The position numbers and the translations under genes are program-made. A stretch of 64,000 bases of DNA, from assembly GCA_003537755.1 (NCBI GenBank), contig DPQS01000029.1:27914-91913 (forward strand), in the 5' to 3' direction. This DNA is from Clostridiales bacterium. GTDB lineage: Bacteria > Bacillota > Clostridia > Christensenellales > CAG-314. This document shows positions 28,901-37,171 of this stretch, one piece after another. Under the pieces are notes generated by a model. The model made no database searches. It was not told where the DNA came from and saw only the letters and a list, made by a program, of their open reading frames with translations. How positions within the stretch are numbered: position 1 is the first letter of the stretch; every line of letters starts with the position of its first letter.

Positions 28901-30206
28901 TTTCGGCGAGTACTCGGCGGTGTACTATGACGCCGACCTGAAACAAATCACCGTGCCTGCAACAATCAGTGTAACGGACGGAGGCGGTACGACTACTGTC
29001 GGTAAAGGGCAAGCCTACACACCTGCCGCAACGGACAGTGTGACGACGGCAAAGGTGGCAATCACATTTGTCGCCGACGGTAAAACGAAAACTATCGAGC
29101 GGGTAATACCCATACACACGGCCAAAAACGGCGACGACTTCATTCAAAGTTACTTTGTGTGCGACAACGCAACGCCGTTTGCAAACAGCAACGGTCTGAC
29201 CTTTGCAAGCTCCGACGGACAGATGAGCTTCTCGTTCGTTCGTCCCGTGTATGCAAGCAATATGATGCTGCGCTTTGTGGCGGACGCAAACAAATTTGCC
29301 GCAAAACGATTCAATGTTGTGTTGACCGACAAATTTGACGGTAAAAAGCAAGTCGCGATTTCCTACACGTTGCAAAGAGGCGTATGGTATTGCTCAGTAA
29401 ACGGCGGAGATGCCGTGGAAACAAGTCTTGACGGCGACGGATATTTGCAACTTAACTACAACAATGCGTCGCATGTGTTTACGGACGGCAACGGACAAGT
29501 GCTCGGCACGGCAGGCGAAATAAACGGTGCAACTTTCAGCGGATTTGAAAGCGGCTACGTTTACGTTGACTGCGCGGTTGAAGGTATCGAGGGCGAAACG
29601 GAAGTCGGCTTGCGTACAATCAACAATCAGACGATCAACAGCGTCAAGCGTGACATGCAGCGTCCTTACGTCAAGGCAGACGGCAAGTACGAAGGCAGGG
29701 TTGCCGCAGGCAGTACCGTCACTTTGCTGTCCGCAACGGCTTACGACGTACTCAACGCTATCGGCGACATCACCGTCAGCGTAAAACTCGGCAACAAAAT
29801 CGTGCTTGAAGAGCAAACTCTTACGGCAGGCAAAAAATTTACCGTAACCGAGTGCGGAACATACACGATTACGTACAAAGTAACCGATTCCGCAAAAAAT
29901 CCGGCTACCGACAAGATAGAGTTTGCCGTGTACGATCCCGTCAAGCCAACGTTGAGTTTCGACGGCGAAATCGCAAGTAAAGCAAAAGTCGGACAAAAAA
30001 TCGATTTGCCCAAGTACACGATAAACGACAACAATCCCGACGGCGTAAAGGTGTATGCGTACATCATGTCGCCCGACGGAACCAAGACAAAAATCGAAGG
30101 TGACACCGTAACATTTTCACAAAAAGGCACATACGTATTAACTTTTTTGGTAACGGACGAACACAACAACGCAACCATGTACAGGTTTGCGGTAACGGTA
30201 AAGTGA
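25980..30206 (+). CDS. 1408-aa secreted Ig-rich protein (conserved N-terminal domain plus many DUF5011/HYR-like Ig repeats)
   Basis: I place the start at the TTG at 25980, with GAAGGAGG 10 nt upstream, overlapping the permease stop (TTGA). The track start 25845 would run through the permease gene. The N-terminus TTTKRIALFVLCFVLVASVVALAI..AYA is a signal or anchor. Repeats follow the pattern D..APTI.V...G.YT..Y.V.D. It is a paralog of 46059..50114. Confidence 0.8.
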   Translation: MTTTKRIALFVLCFVLVASVVALAITFGGGFKAYASDVFDYVGTIKTVNGSIEGNRRGLRLYGYDSGVTANFKNAQTDVFGAELQIGSHEGKKDLKKYSLVFTDVKSGKSFAVQVVSYSDYNDVGVVCNGNKGGIVYYERKNAAYGMTAGYNEDGVYTRFTSAICNLTFDPQSMQVRVKADDGNFRVVWDFTKQYNDGKLLANDLPVFGEYTVSIVLDEISANSRGDLMVYTFGGYSLADETVTYRPTILLQKGLKPIVGKQFTLPVAKVTDDDGKDASDKITATVYNADGTVLADNVKTFIPQNAETIYVYYKYTDGQTTADLWYKTQAITESDITAKFDYDGELPVKVGVGAKITIPSATVASNVLESGSEECVVTVKKDGVAVDGYQNIPDGFVYEVKEQGNYEVIYGGKTSAVYKTDTKTFTADEKMLAVNVDAVEEFAYGATYKLPVAEFCLGTNKTEVNATVTYPSGKQADGTIALDEAGKYTVGYSATIDGANYTHEETFVVKLPYADNFDGNAEYAQMRGNNEFKGVRLSLANNQTVTYNKAIDLSDYTFNAATNKGKTLLELNLDPKTIGSADIDSLYVVFTDKYDSTNYFSVRLKYLSYSPLSTFIRVRSSNQASWVGYNYDFYSSALRVDAAAVHEEGGFISSASFTHRLDEYDFGYGSLKLYFDYRTKCLYSQPLWLTGHNDGAHPEYNSRNVPWLVYDLDSSDNTLSAGNKPWGGFTTGEAYVSVYAKGVSSTADVFMLNIGGEDLTTPLFDDTKAPTITVDVDKNNVPSAKVGLPYKVFDFTAIDADSTVVNKGVTVTNNATGKQVALDDNNCFTPIEGEYTLAYYAVDAFGYRTEEIINVKASRNVETPQITVSDGLPRTAYYGQTITLADCLITKQGAGNAVVDVKVTCGDVEVPVTNGKFVCLGAIGTYNVVYTVTDYIGQTAQVKKKIIVSLSDELQFDEQTISLPKAFMHGDKVYFGEYSAVYYDADLKQITVPATISVTDGGGTTTVGKGQAYTPAATDSVTTAKVAITFVADGKTKTIERVIPIHTAKNGDDFIQSYFVCDNATPFANSNGLTFASSDGQMSFSFVRPVYASNMMLRFVADANKFAAKRFNVVLTDKFDGKKQVAISYTLQRGVWYCSVNGGDAVETSLDGDGYLQLNYNNASHVFTDGNGQVLGTAGEINGATFSGFESGYVYVDCAVEGIEGETEVGLRTINNQTINSVKRDMQRPYVKADGKYEGRVAAGSTVTLLSATAYDVLNAIGDITVSVKLGNKIVLEEQTLTAGKKFTVTECGTYTITYKVTDSAKNPATDKIEFAVYDPVKPTLSFDGEIASKAKVGQKIDLPKYTINDNNPDGVKVYAYIMSPDGTKTKIEGDTVTFSQKGTYVLTFLVTDEHNNATMYRFAVTVK

Positions 30207-30219
30207 CGGGAGGTAAGCA

Positions 30220-32175
30220 ATGAAAAGAGTAATATCGCTTGTATTGACTTTTGTTTTGCTGCTTGCCGTATTTGTCGGTTGCAACGACACGCCCGACAAT
30301 CCCGACACACCGGGCAAACCGCAAATAAACAAAACCGACATCAAAATTGTGGACAACGGCGCGACGGACTACAAAGTGGTCGTTCCTTCCGGTGCAAGCA
30401 GTTTTGTAAATACCGCCGCTTCGGAACTGGTCAATTTTGTCAAGGAAGCTACCGGAGCAACGTTGCCGGTAACTACCGACGGCGAAGAGTTTTCCACTTC
30501 GGCAAAGGTTATTTCCCTCGGCAAAACAACGGTGTTTGACGGTAGCGGAGTCAAATTGACGGAAAAGTTGCGTGAAACGGGCTACGTAATGAAACGCAGG
30601 GGCAACACCCTCATCATCAACGCCAAAGACGACAACGGCATTGTCAGCGCAGTGTACGACATGTTGGGGTACATGCTCGGTCTGGAGTTTTACAGCTACG
30701 ACGAGTATACTCTTGACAAAACGGACACGCTGTACATGCTTGACTTCGATTTGGAGTTTGTGCCGAGTATCGACATGCGCGACATCATGATGCGCTCGTT
30801 AAACACAAACTATCGCCAACGCATGCGTTTGTATGCCGGCAAAGGGTTTGGTCACTGGATTACGTTTGCGCACACGACTACGGGCGCAAGCAACCTTAAA
30901 AACGGCGGTGACGAGTTGTACGGCTTTTTGCCGTTCAGCGTGTATGGCGAAGCGCACAAGGATTGGTACGACGCCTCTCACACGCAATTGTGTTACAGCA
31001 ACGCCGAAATGCGCGCCGAGTTTGTCGAGCAGGTAAAGAAGCGCATTGTCAAAAATCCCGACGGCAAATACCTGATGATCGGACACGAGGACAACTTTGA
31101 AATGTGTCTGTGCGACGATTGCAAGGAGGAACGCACATTGTACGGCGGCTACGGCGGACAGGAATTGCACTTTACAAATCTTGTTGCCGAAGCGGTGGAC
31201 GCCTGGCTCGCCGACAACTATCCCGACCGCGAAATCTTTTACGTGTTTTTCGCATACCAGACTTCGCAAGAGCCGCCGATAAAACGTAAAGTCGAGGACG
31301 GCAAGGAAGTAGGCGTCAAGGACGACAACGGCAAGTATATTCCGCATTACGCGGATCTCAAAATCCGCAAAAACGTAATGGTTATGTATTGCCCGATCGA
31401 CTCGGATTTCAGCAAAGGTTTTTCCGAAACGGAAAACCCCACGCAATACGCTCAGCTAAAGGGGTGGAGTGATATTTATGCGGCGCAAGGGCTGGCAAAC
31501 AACATTATTGTCTGGGGTTACAGTCTTGCCGTGTACAACTACTTTATTCCGTTGTACAACTTCGGCACGTACAAGGCTCACTACAAGTTTTACCGTGACT
31601 GTGGCGTGCATTACATCGACGATCAGGCGTACAGTTCGTCGGGTATTCCGTGTTTCGAAGCAATGCAGATTTACGTACAGTCCAAACTGATGTACGACAC
31701 GTCGCTAAGCTACAACGACCTTTGCTACGACTTTATCGAGCATTACTACGGTCAGGCGGGCGAAACGTTCAAACAGTACTTCGATTACTTCCGCACTTAC
31801 TACGAGTATCTTGCGGAAACAAAGAGTATCAGCGGCAGTATCTGGCAGGAAATGGCAAAGGAGGACTTTTGGCCTACCGAAGTGGTGCAACAACTGATGG
31901 ATTACCTGGACAAGTGCCTTGCCGACATCGAACCGCTCAAGGAAACGGATTATGCTCGTTGGCAAGTGCTTAACGATCGTATTCGTCGCGAACGCCTTAC
32001 GCCGATATTTATGATGTTCAGTTTCCACATGAACGAACTTCCCCATGACAAGCAGGTCGAATATCTTGCCGATATGAAAACCTACACGCAAAAATACGAT
32101 ATTCTGGAAACGCAAGAGTCCAAACGTGACATTTCGACGCTGATCGAAACGTGGGAAACGCAAATCGGAGGTTGA
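30220..32175 (+). CDS. DUF4838-like lipoprotein (putative glycoside-hydrolase-like fold)
   Basis: GGGAGG SD. Lipobox AVFVGC. The N-terminal block IVDNGATDYKVVVP....AASELVNFVKEATGATLPV and the motif CLCDDCKEE are as I recall for DUF4838 proteins. Paralog of 50111..52024. Confidence 0.7.
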   Translation: MKRVISLVLTFVLLLAVFVGCNDTPDNPDTPGKPQINKTDIKIVDNGATDYKVVVPSGASSFVNTAASELVNFVKEATGATLPVTTDGEEFSTSAKVISLGKTTVFDGSGVKLTEKLRETGYVMKRRGNTLIINAKDDNGIVSAVYDMLGYMLGLEFYSYDEYTLDKTDTLYMLDFDLEFVPSIDMRDIMMRSLNTNYRQRMRLYAGKGFGHWITFAHTTTGASNLKNGGDELYGFLPFSVYGEAHKDWYDASHTQLCYSNAEMRAEFVEQVKKRIVKNPDGKYLMIGHEDNFEMCLCDDCKEERTLYGGYGGQELHFTNLVAEAVDAWLADNYPDREIFYVFFAYQTSQEPPIKRKVEDGKEVGVKDDNGKYIPHYADLKIRKNVMVMYCPIDSDFSKGFSETENPTQYAQLKGWSDIYAAQGLANNIIVWGYSLAVYNYFIPLYNFGTYKAHYKFYRDCGVHYIDDQAYSSSGIPCFEAMQIYVQSKLMYDTSLSYNDLCYDFIEHYYGQAGETFKQYFDYFRTYYEYLAETKSISGSIWQEMAKEDFWPTEVVQQLMDYLDKCLADIEPLKETDYARWQVLNDRIRRERLTPIFMMFSFHMNELPHDKQVEYLADMKTYTQKYDILETQESKRDISTLIETWETQIGG

Positions 32176-32176
32176 C

Positions 32177-33586
32177 ATGGCAAAGAAAACAAAAATTATT
32201 CTGATTTGCGCCGCCGCTTTGATTTTGGCAGCGGCAATAGTAACAACGCTGTGTCTGGTGCTTGCCAAGCCGTCCGAAGAAACACCGACGGACAAAACGA
32301 CAATCAGCCTTAACGTAAACGCTTACGCGCTTACCGAAGACGAAACGTTTACAATCGCCGCAACGACCAACTCTACGGACGTAATCAAGTGGACGTCGAG
32401 TAGTCCCGAAGTGGCGTCGGTGTCGTCGCAAGGACGTGTAATAGCAAAGACGGCGGGTGAAACGACAATCACGGCAACGGTTGGCGACGTGTCCGACAGT
32501 TGCAGGGTGCAGGTTGTTGCGGACAATGCGCAAGCGACAATCAAACTTGCTCAGACTACGCTGCGGTTGTCGGTGGCAAGCGGCGCAATGCAAATACAAG
32601 GCACGGTTGTTGGCGGCGACAGTCAACAAACGCTTGCCGAGGCGGGTGCGACTTACGAAACGGACAATGCGTCGGTTGCAACGGTTTCTGCCGACGGCAC
32701 GGTTACGCCGATGTCTGTCGGAAGTACGCTGGTGTTTGTGTCGGCAAACGGTCGCACTAAGACGGTTGCGGTGGAAGTGTACACAATGCTTGTTTCGACC
32801 GCCGAGGATTGGAACGTCATGTTGGGTTTGCCCGGCAACCTTGCGGCACGTTTCTACGTAACAAACGACATCGATTTTTCCGGCGTGACATACAATGCAA
32901 AGACTAATAACGGCGGCGACGTACTGCTCAGTCAAAGTTTCTGCGGTAGTCTTGACGGCGGCGGACACACGATAAGCAACGTTACGTTTGACAGTGCCGT
33001 TTCGTCGCAGTCGCTGTTTGGCACAATGGTGGGTTGCACGCTTACAAACATTGCTTTCAGTAACATTCACTTTACCGCAAGCGGAGCGGCAGGATTGGCA
33101 ATACGAGTTTTGCAACACTACAATGTTGCCGACGAAAACGGCAACGCTACGAGGGAGTTACTGTTTGCTCCGTGCTACGTTACAAATGTTTTCGGAGATT
33201 TTGTCTACGATTACAACGGCGTAAGCGGCATTACCGGCATTTACTACGGCGGCGGTATGGAAAACGTGTTTGTAAATATGCGTATGTCCGACGGCAGCGC
33301 ACTAAACAAAACTACCGATTTTGCCGTTGCAAAGCAAAGCATGATTTGGTCGATGGCGGACCCGAACTGGTTTCCCAACAACTATCTCAACAACGTCGTT
33401 GTCCTTGCCGAACGCGGAGCGGTAAACGCCGCGTGGGACACGACATACGACGGAGCGGGCTTGACAATAAGTCTGTCGGGGCTGCACTGCGTAACTACAA
33501 AAATGGAAGCGGGTTACCTGGTGCGTACGCTGTTTGACAACAATATGTGGACGGTAACGCCTGGACAATTGCCTGAACTGAGATAG
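32177..33586 (+). CDS. Membrane-anchored or secreted protein with two Big_2 Ig-like domains and a GLUG-like / beta-helix-like module
   Basis: N-terminal hydrophobic anchor. Big_2 pattern: W.SSSPEVASVSSQGRVIAKTAGETTITATVG. Then TAEDW...NDIDFSG....FCGSLDGGGHTISNVTF. Confidence 0.75.
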   Translation: MAKKTKIILICAAALILAAAIVTTLCLVLAKPSEETPTDKTTISLNVNAYALTEDETFTIAATTNSTDVIKWTSSSPEVASVSSQGRVIAKTAGETTITATVGDVSDSCRVQVVADNAQATIKLAQTTLRLSVASGAMQIQGTVVGGDSQQTLAEAGATYETDNASVATVSADGTVTPMSVGSTLVFVSANGRTKTVAVEVYTMLVSTAEDWNVMLGLPGNLAARFYVTNDIDFSGVTYNAKTNNGGDVLLSQSFCGSLDGGGHTISNVTFDSAVSSQSLFGTMVGCTLTNIAFSNIHFTASGAAGLAIRVLQHYNVADENGNATRELLFAPCYVTNVFGDFVYDYNGVSGITGIYYGGGMENVFVNMRMSDGSALNKTTDFAVAKQSMIWSMADPNWFPNNYLNNVVVLAERGAVNAAWDTTYDGAGLTISLSGLHCVTTKMEAGYLVRTLFDNNMWTVTPGQLPELR

Positions 33587-33611
33587 AGCGGTCAAACAAG
33601 AATATGTCATC

Positions 33612-33649
33612 GAGTTTTGCATACGTATCAAAAAATCGGCGACAAAATC
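33612..33649 (+). repeat. Copy of the ATACGTAT-centred intergenic motif
   Basis: gagttttgcATACGTATcaaaaaatcggcgacaaaatc. It aligns with the copies at 40556 and (reverse-complemented) 54862. Confidence 0.45.
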
Positions 33650-33702
33650 AAGGGTTGTACCTGTCAGAACGACAGTAAAATTAAATCTTAGGAGGAAACA
33701 CA

Positions 33703-36700
33703 ATGAAACGTTACAAACTGATTGCCGTTTTGTTGGTAGTTGCACTTGTCGCAGTACTTTGCGCGGCTTGTACCGTTACCGAACAACCGCAAATTACCGT
33801 CAAGGTAAACGGCAAGGAAGTCAAGGCAAACGGTACTGTGTACGCCGTAGAATTTGACAACGATGTAACAAAAGCTGTTATCGAAGCAACCGCAACCGTC
33901 GGTGAAATCGATGGCACGGGGACGTTCGACCTTAAGGAAGGCAACAACGAATTTGTCCTTACATTGAAGGCAAACGATTCCGAAACCAAGTACACCGTAA
34001 AGGTTACTCGCAAAGCGTCGGAAAAACCCGTCGACGTAACCCTTGCGGAAGTAAAGGTCGGCGAAACAGTGCTTACCGCTGCGGCAGGCAAGTATGCAAC
34101 GACGGTCGGATACGAAGTTAGTTCCGTTACCGTTTCTGCAACCGCTACGGACAGTGCGGCTACAGTGGACGGCACGGGCGAAAAAACGCTTGTTGTCGGC
34201 AAAAACGAAGTGACGCTTACGGTAAAAAATGGAGAAGCAACGCAGACCTACACTGTTGAAATTACTCGCGAAGCGGCAGTGCTTACCCTTGCGGAAGTAA
34301 AGGTCGGCGAAACAACGCTTACTGCCGACGGTAACGGCGTGTACAAGCACACTGTTGCAAACACCGTCTCCGTCGTGACTATTGCCGCAACCGCAACCAA
34401 GTCTTACGCCACGGTTGAAGGCGCCGGCGAAAAAACGCTTGCCTTAGGCGAAAACACATTTACCCTTACCGTAAAAGCGGACGACAGCACAACCGAGCAA
34501 TACACGGTAAAAGTTACGCGCGAAGCCGCCGACCTTACCCTGAAGGAAGTTAAAATCGGCGACGAAGTGCTTACCGCGCAGAACAGAACCTACACCTGCA
34601 ATGTTGCCAACGACGTTACCGAAGTTACCCTTTCGGCAACAGCCAACAATGGCGACGCAACGCTGCAAGGCGCAGGCACAAAGCAAAATCTTGTGGTCGG
34701 CGAAAACAGATTTGAACTCGTCGTTTCCGTAGGCGAAGAAAAAGCCACTTATACTGTTGTCGTCAACCGCGCAAAGAGCAGTGTAAAAACCATTGCAAGC
34801 ATCATGGTGGACGGCGTTGCCGCAACATTTAACACGGAAAAAGCGACCTACACGGCAACCGTCGGTAAGTACACGGCAAACGTAGTAATCACGCTTGACA
34901 GCACGGTTGCAAGTTACGCACTTGACGAAGAAATAGGCACGCTTGCCGAAGGCAACAACGAATTCGTCATCACCGTAACGGCAGAAGACGGCACGACGGC
35001 AACCTGCACGCTGGTACTTAACGTTGTTTTGCCTATGTTTAACGTCAGTTACATCGGCAACATCGACGGTGCTGTTACAAACGAGGGTTACACCTACAAG
35101 TACGGCGAAAAACAAGCTATCAACATTACTCTTGCAGCGGCTTACAGACAGTCGTACAAAAATCTTGTGGTTACATGCAAGGTTGGCGACGGCGAAGCAA
35201 AATCCGTAACGCTTGACGACAACTACGGGTTTGAAGTGCCTGCGGCGGAAGCAATCGGCAACATTGTGGTGGAAGTTGGTGGCATTGCAATCAACACTTA
35301 TACGGTCACCTATCACCGTGGCGGCGAAGCCACAACCGAAACGGTAGAACACGGCAAAGACGCGCAAAATGCGGCAATTACGCCTAGCACCGAAACAAAG
35401 GACGTGCTTGACGGCTACACCTATATGCACGACGAAAAATGGGTTACCCAAGACGGCGGCATGATTGTTGCCACTCTTACAAACATCACGGCGGACATGG
35501 ACGTGTACTACAAGGACGAAGTGCTTGTGCGTAGCGAAGTTGCGTACTATGCGCCTATGAACGGCGCCGTTACGTATTACACAATCAAGCAAATGAACAG
35601 CTATGTCGCAGGCTTGGAAAACGGCGACGTTGTGTTCAAAGTGCTTATCAAGTCTGTCGCAACGGACGGTTCTTCCGAGGAAGAAGGCAAAACGTCGTTT
35701 GTAATCTACGGCACTGCGGTTTACAATCCTGCCAATGAAATGGGCGTTTCCGTGATGGCAAGCGAGCTCAACAAGTGGTTTACGGTAAAGGCAAGCGCCG
35801 CCGACAAGAAAGTTACCGTTTACAGACCCGACGGCACGGTAGCGACGGAAAAAACGTTTGAAGCGTACGCCGCAGATACAATTTCTCTCGCAATCCACGC
35901 CGACGCGGCTGTTGCGGCAGTCAATCCCGTCATGCCCGAACTTTGCACCGTGACATACCTTGACGAAAACGGCGGACAACTTCACGTCGAAAAGGTCATA
36001 AAAGGCACAGTAGCAAGCTATGTTTACGAAAAAGACGCAATCGATTTGGATGGCGGATACAAACAAGTATTTACAGGCAAGTGGCTTACGGAAAAGAATG
36101 GCACGGATATCGCCGATTTGTCTAATGTACAAAGCAATGTCACTGTTTACCTTGGACTGAACAGCTACGTTTACAAGCATTATGAACCGACGGAATGTCC
36201 TGATTACACAAGAGTGCTTGCCACTAACAAGTATATTTCGTCGAAAGCGGAGGTTGTCAGATTCAGAATCAGAGTATTGTCAAGCACAAATACGGAATAT
36301 CCATCGGTTGTCGTTTATCCGTCTACAACATGGAGCGAAGCCGTTTATGCCGAGGCTGTATCTTTGTATGTGGGGGATATTTTCGGTCAATGGCTTACTG
36401 TCGAAATCAACCAGGCAAAGAAAACCCTTACATTGTATAAACCCGACGGAACGGTCAAAGAAACAAAAACGGTAACGAATTTTGCTTTGAGTAACATCAC
36501 GTTGTGGATGAATTCTCACTCGTTTGACATTGCCGTGGATGTAGAAACTGTGGAGTTTTACGATACGGATAAAACCACGTTGCTGTACTCGGGTCTTGTG
36601 TCTACGGACGGTGGATTTGTGTATACGTCCGCAGCCGACAGCGAAGGTTACACAAAGACAGTCGATACATGGTTACCCATTGACGGAAGCGCAAACAAAA

Positions 36701-37086
36701 TGTATGCGGCAAAGGCAACGTACTCCAAGACAACGGCAAATCCGAATCTGTACAATTATGTCACGTTAAGTGATTTGAATAAATACGTTGTTGCAAATGA
36801 AAACGGAGTTGCTACGTTTAAGGTCAAGTTTACATTCAATGAGTGGACCAGTTTCAAACTCTTTGAAACGGCGCAAAGCACTAAGGAAACAATGCAAATC
36901 GGTCTTGATGTGAGCTGGAGCGGAAAGTGGTTTACGTTTGAACTCGATACAACCAATAAGACTTTGAAAATGACCCAGCCTGACGGTACGGACAAAACAT
37001 ACGATATAACGTCTACCAACGTTTCAGGCTACGCCTTTATGAGAACTGGGGAAAAGGAATTTAGCATAGAAGTAGTGAATTTGTAA
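33703..37086 (+). CDS. Surface lipoprotein: five cadherin-like beta-sandwich repeats, Listeria-Bacteroides (Flg_new)-type repeats and three copies of an unknown ~120-aa domain
   Basis: AGGAGG SD. Lipobox VLCAAC. The repeats are described in the repeat feature and in the findings. Confidence 0.85.
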   Translation: MKRYKLIAVLLVVALVAVLCAACTVTEQPQITVKVNGKEVKANGTVYAVEFDNDVTKAVIEATATVGEIDGTGTFDLKEGNNEFVLTLKANDSETKYTVKVTRKASEKPVDVTLAEVKVGETVLTAAAGKYATTVGYEVSSVTVSATATDSAATVDGTGEKTLVVGKNEVTLTVKNGEATQTYTVEITREAAVLTLAEVKVGETTLTADGNGVYKHTVANTVSVVTIAATATKSYATVEGAGEKTLALGENTFTLTVKADDSTTEQYTVKVTREAADLTLKEVKIGDEVLTAQNRTYTCNVANDVTEVTLSATANNGDATLQGAGTKQNLVVGENRFELVVSVGEEKATYTVVVNRAKSSVKTIASIMVDGVAATFNTEKATYTATVGKYTANVVITLDSTVASYALDEEIGTLAEGNNEFVITVTAEDGTTATCTLVLNVVLPMFNVSYIGNIDGAVTNEGYTYKYGEKQAINITLAAAYRQSYKNLVVTCKVGDGEAKSVTLDDNYGFEVPAAEAIGNIVVEVGGIAINTYTVTYHRGGEATTETVEHGKDAQNAAITPSTETKDVLDGYTYMHDEKWVTQDGGMIVATLTNITADMDVYYKDEVLVRSEVAYYAPMNGAVTYYTIKQMNSYVAGLENGDVVFKVLIKSVATDGSSEEEGKTSFVIYGTAVYNPANEMGVSVMASELNKWFTVKASAADKKVTVYRPDGTVATEKTFEAYAADTISLAIHADAAVAAVNPVMPELCTVTYLDENGGQLHVEKVIKGTVASYVYEKDAIDLDGGYKQVFTGKWLTEKNGTDIADLSNVQSNVTVYLGLNSYVYKHYEPTECPDYTRVLATNKYISSKAEVVRFRIRVLSSTNTEYPSVVVYPSTTWSEAVYAEAVSLYVGDIFGQWLTVEINQAKKTLTLYKPDGTVKETKTVTNFALSNITLWMNSHSFDIAVDVETVEFYDTDKTTLLYSGLVSTDGGFVYTSAADSEGYTKTVDTWLPIDGSANKMYAAKATYSKTTANPNLYNYVTLSDLNKYVVANENGVATFKVKFTFNEWTSFKLFETAQSTKETMQIGLDVSWSGKWFTFELDTTNKTLKMTQPDGTDKTYDITSTNVSGYAFMRTGEKEFSIEVVNL
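33787..35032 (+). repeat. Five tandem ~82-aa cadherin-like beta-sandwich repeats
   Basis: Pattern: L.EVKVGE..LTA....Y...V...V..VT..ATA....ATV.G.GEK.L..G.N...L.V........YTV.(I/V)TR. An identical 30-nt run occurs at 34039-34068 and 34285-34314 (246-nt period). Confidence 0.85.
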
Positions 37087-37107
37087 TCTGTTTCCAATAA
37101 TTTCATC

Positions 37108-37135
37108 GAGCGAGGGAATATCCCTCGCTCTTTGA
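37108..37135 (+). terminator. Terminator-like hairpin after the cadherin-like gene
   Basis: GAGCGAGGG-AATAT-CCCTCGCTC followed by TTTGAAATT. The U-tract is weak, so termination may be partial. Confidence 0.5.
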
Positions 37136-37171
37136 AATTAAACTCTTTGTAAGCAAAAAAAACAATACGTT

